Source: Macrostomum lignano
Taxonomy: Eukaryota
NCBI GenBank assembly: GCA_002269645.1
Contig: NIVC01000366.1
Span: 434,001-498,000 of the forward strand
Direction of reading: 5' to 3'
DNA length: 64,000 bases
Position 1 is the first letter of the stretch, and each line of letters starts with the position of its first letter. A model generated the notes under the pieces. That model was not told where the DNA came from and searched no databases. It saw only the letters and a program-made list of their open reading frames with translations. This document shows positions 63,799 to 64,000 of this stretch, one piece after another. The position numbers and the translations under genes were made by a program.

Positions 63799-64000
63799 AA
63801 TTGTAGTAGGTGTAGAGGGCCTTCTAGCCATTAGTAAATTGGCTGAAATGAAAAAGAAAAGTGAAAAATAATTAAACACAGTAAAGTGAAAGATTGCCGC
63901 CACTGGTATCATTGACTAGACTAGACCTATCTCTGAGGAAAATGTTTTTGTATTGTATAGATTAGACCTATAAGGGATTGATAGGATTGATATGCACTAT

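Overview
Repeat-rich eukaryotic (invertebrate metazoan) genomic DNA. The GC-rich exons, polyQ tracts and minisatellite-filled introns recall a flatworm such as Macrostomum, but the species cannot be determined from sequence alone. There are three host genes: an intronless Toll-like LRR receptor lacking a TIR domain (2800-5244, +), a 7-exon C2-4xWW-HECT NEDD4-family E3 ligase of the WWP1/ITCH/Su(dx) type (38070-45235, -), and a 3-exon TMEM72-like membrane protein with a PPxY motif (56803-58306, +). The dominant structure is a 24-kb stack of Helitrons (10079-34046) occupying what reads as a single A|T site in a GATA-rich microsatellite. It comprises one intact autonomous element (1664-aa RepHel with 23-aa STPR-like repeats), five non-autonomous relatives of about 3 kb and one 92-bp aborted 5' fragment. 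Four joins are exact head-to-tail CTTG|TC junctions and one is a spacer-less head-to-head GA|TC junction. The pattern fits repeated insertion into the A|TC junction that each Helitron regenerates at its own 5' end (inference). Also present are two foldback-like elements with arms built of 15-bp subunits, relics of Penelope-like, hAT, mariner and Merlin elements, a hAT MITE, a CORE-SINE fragment and many micro/minisatellites. Most ORFs in the supplied track are translation artefacts of simple repeats. All alignments were done by eye.
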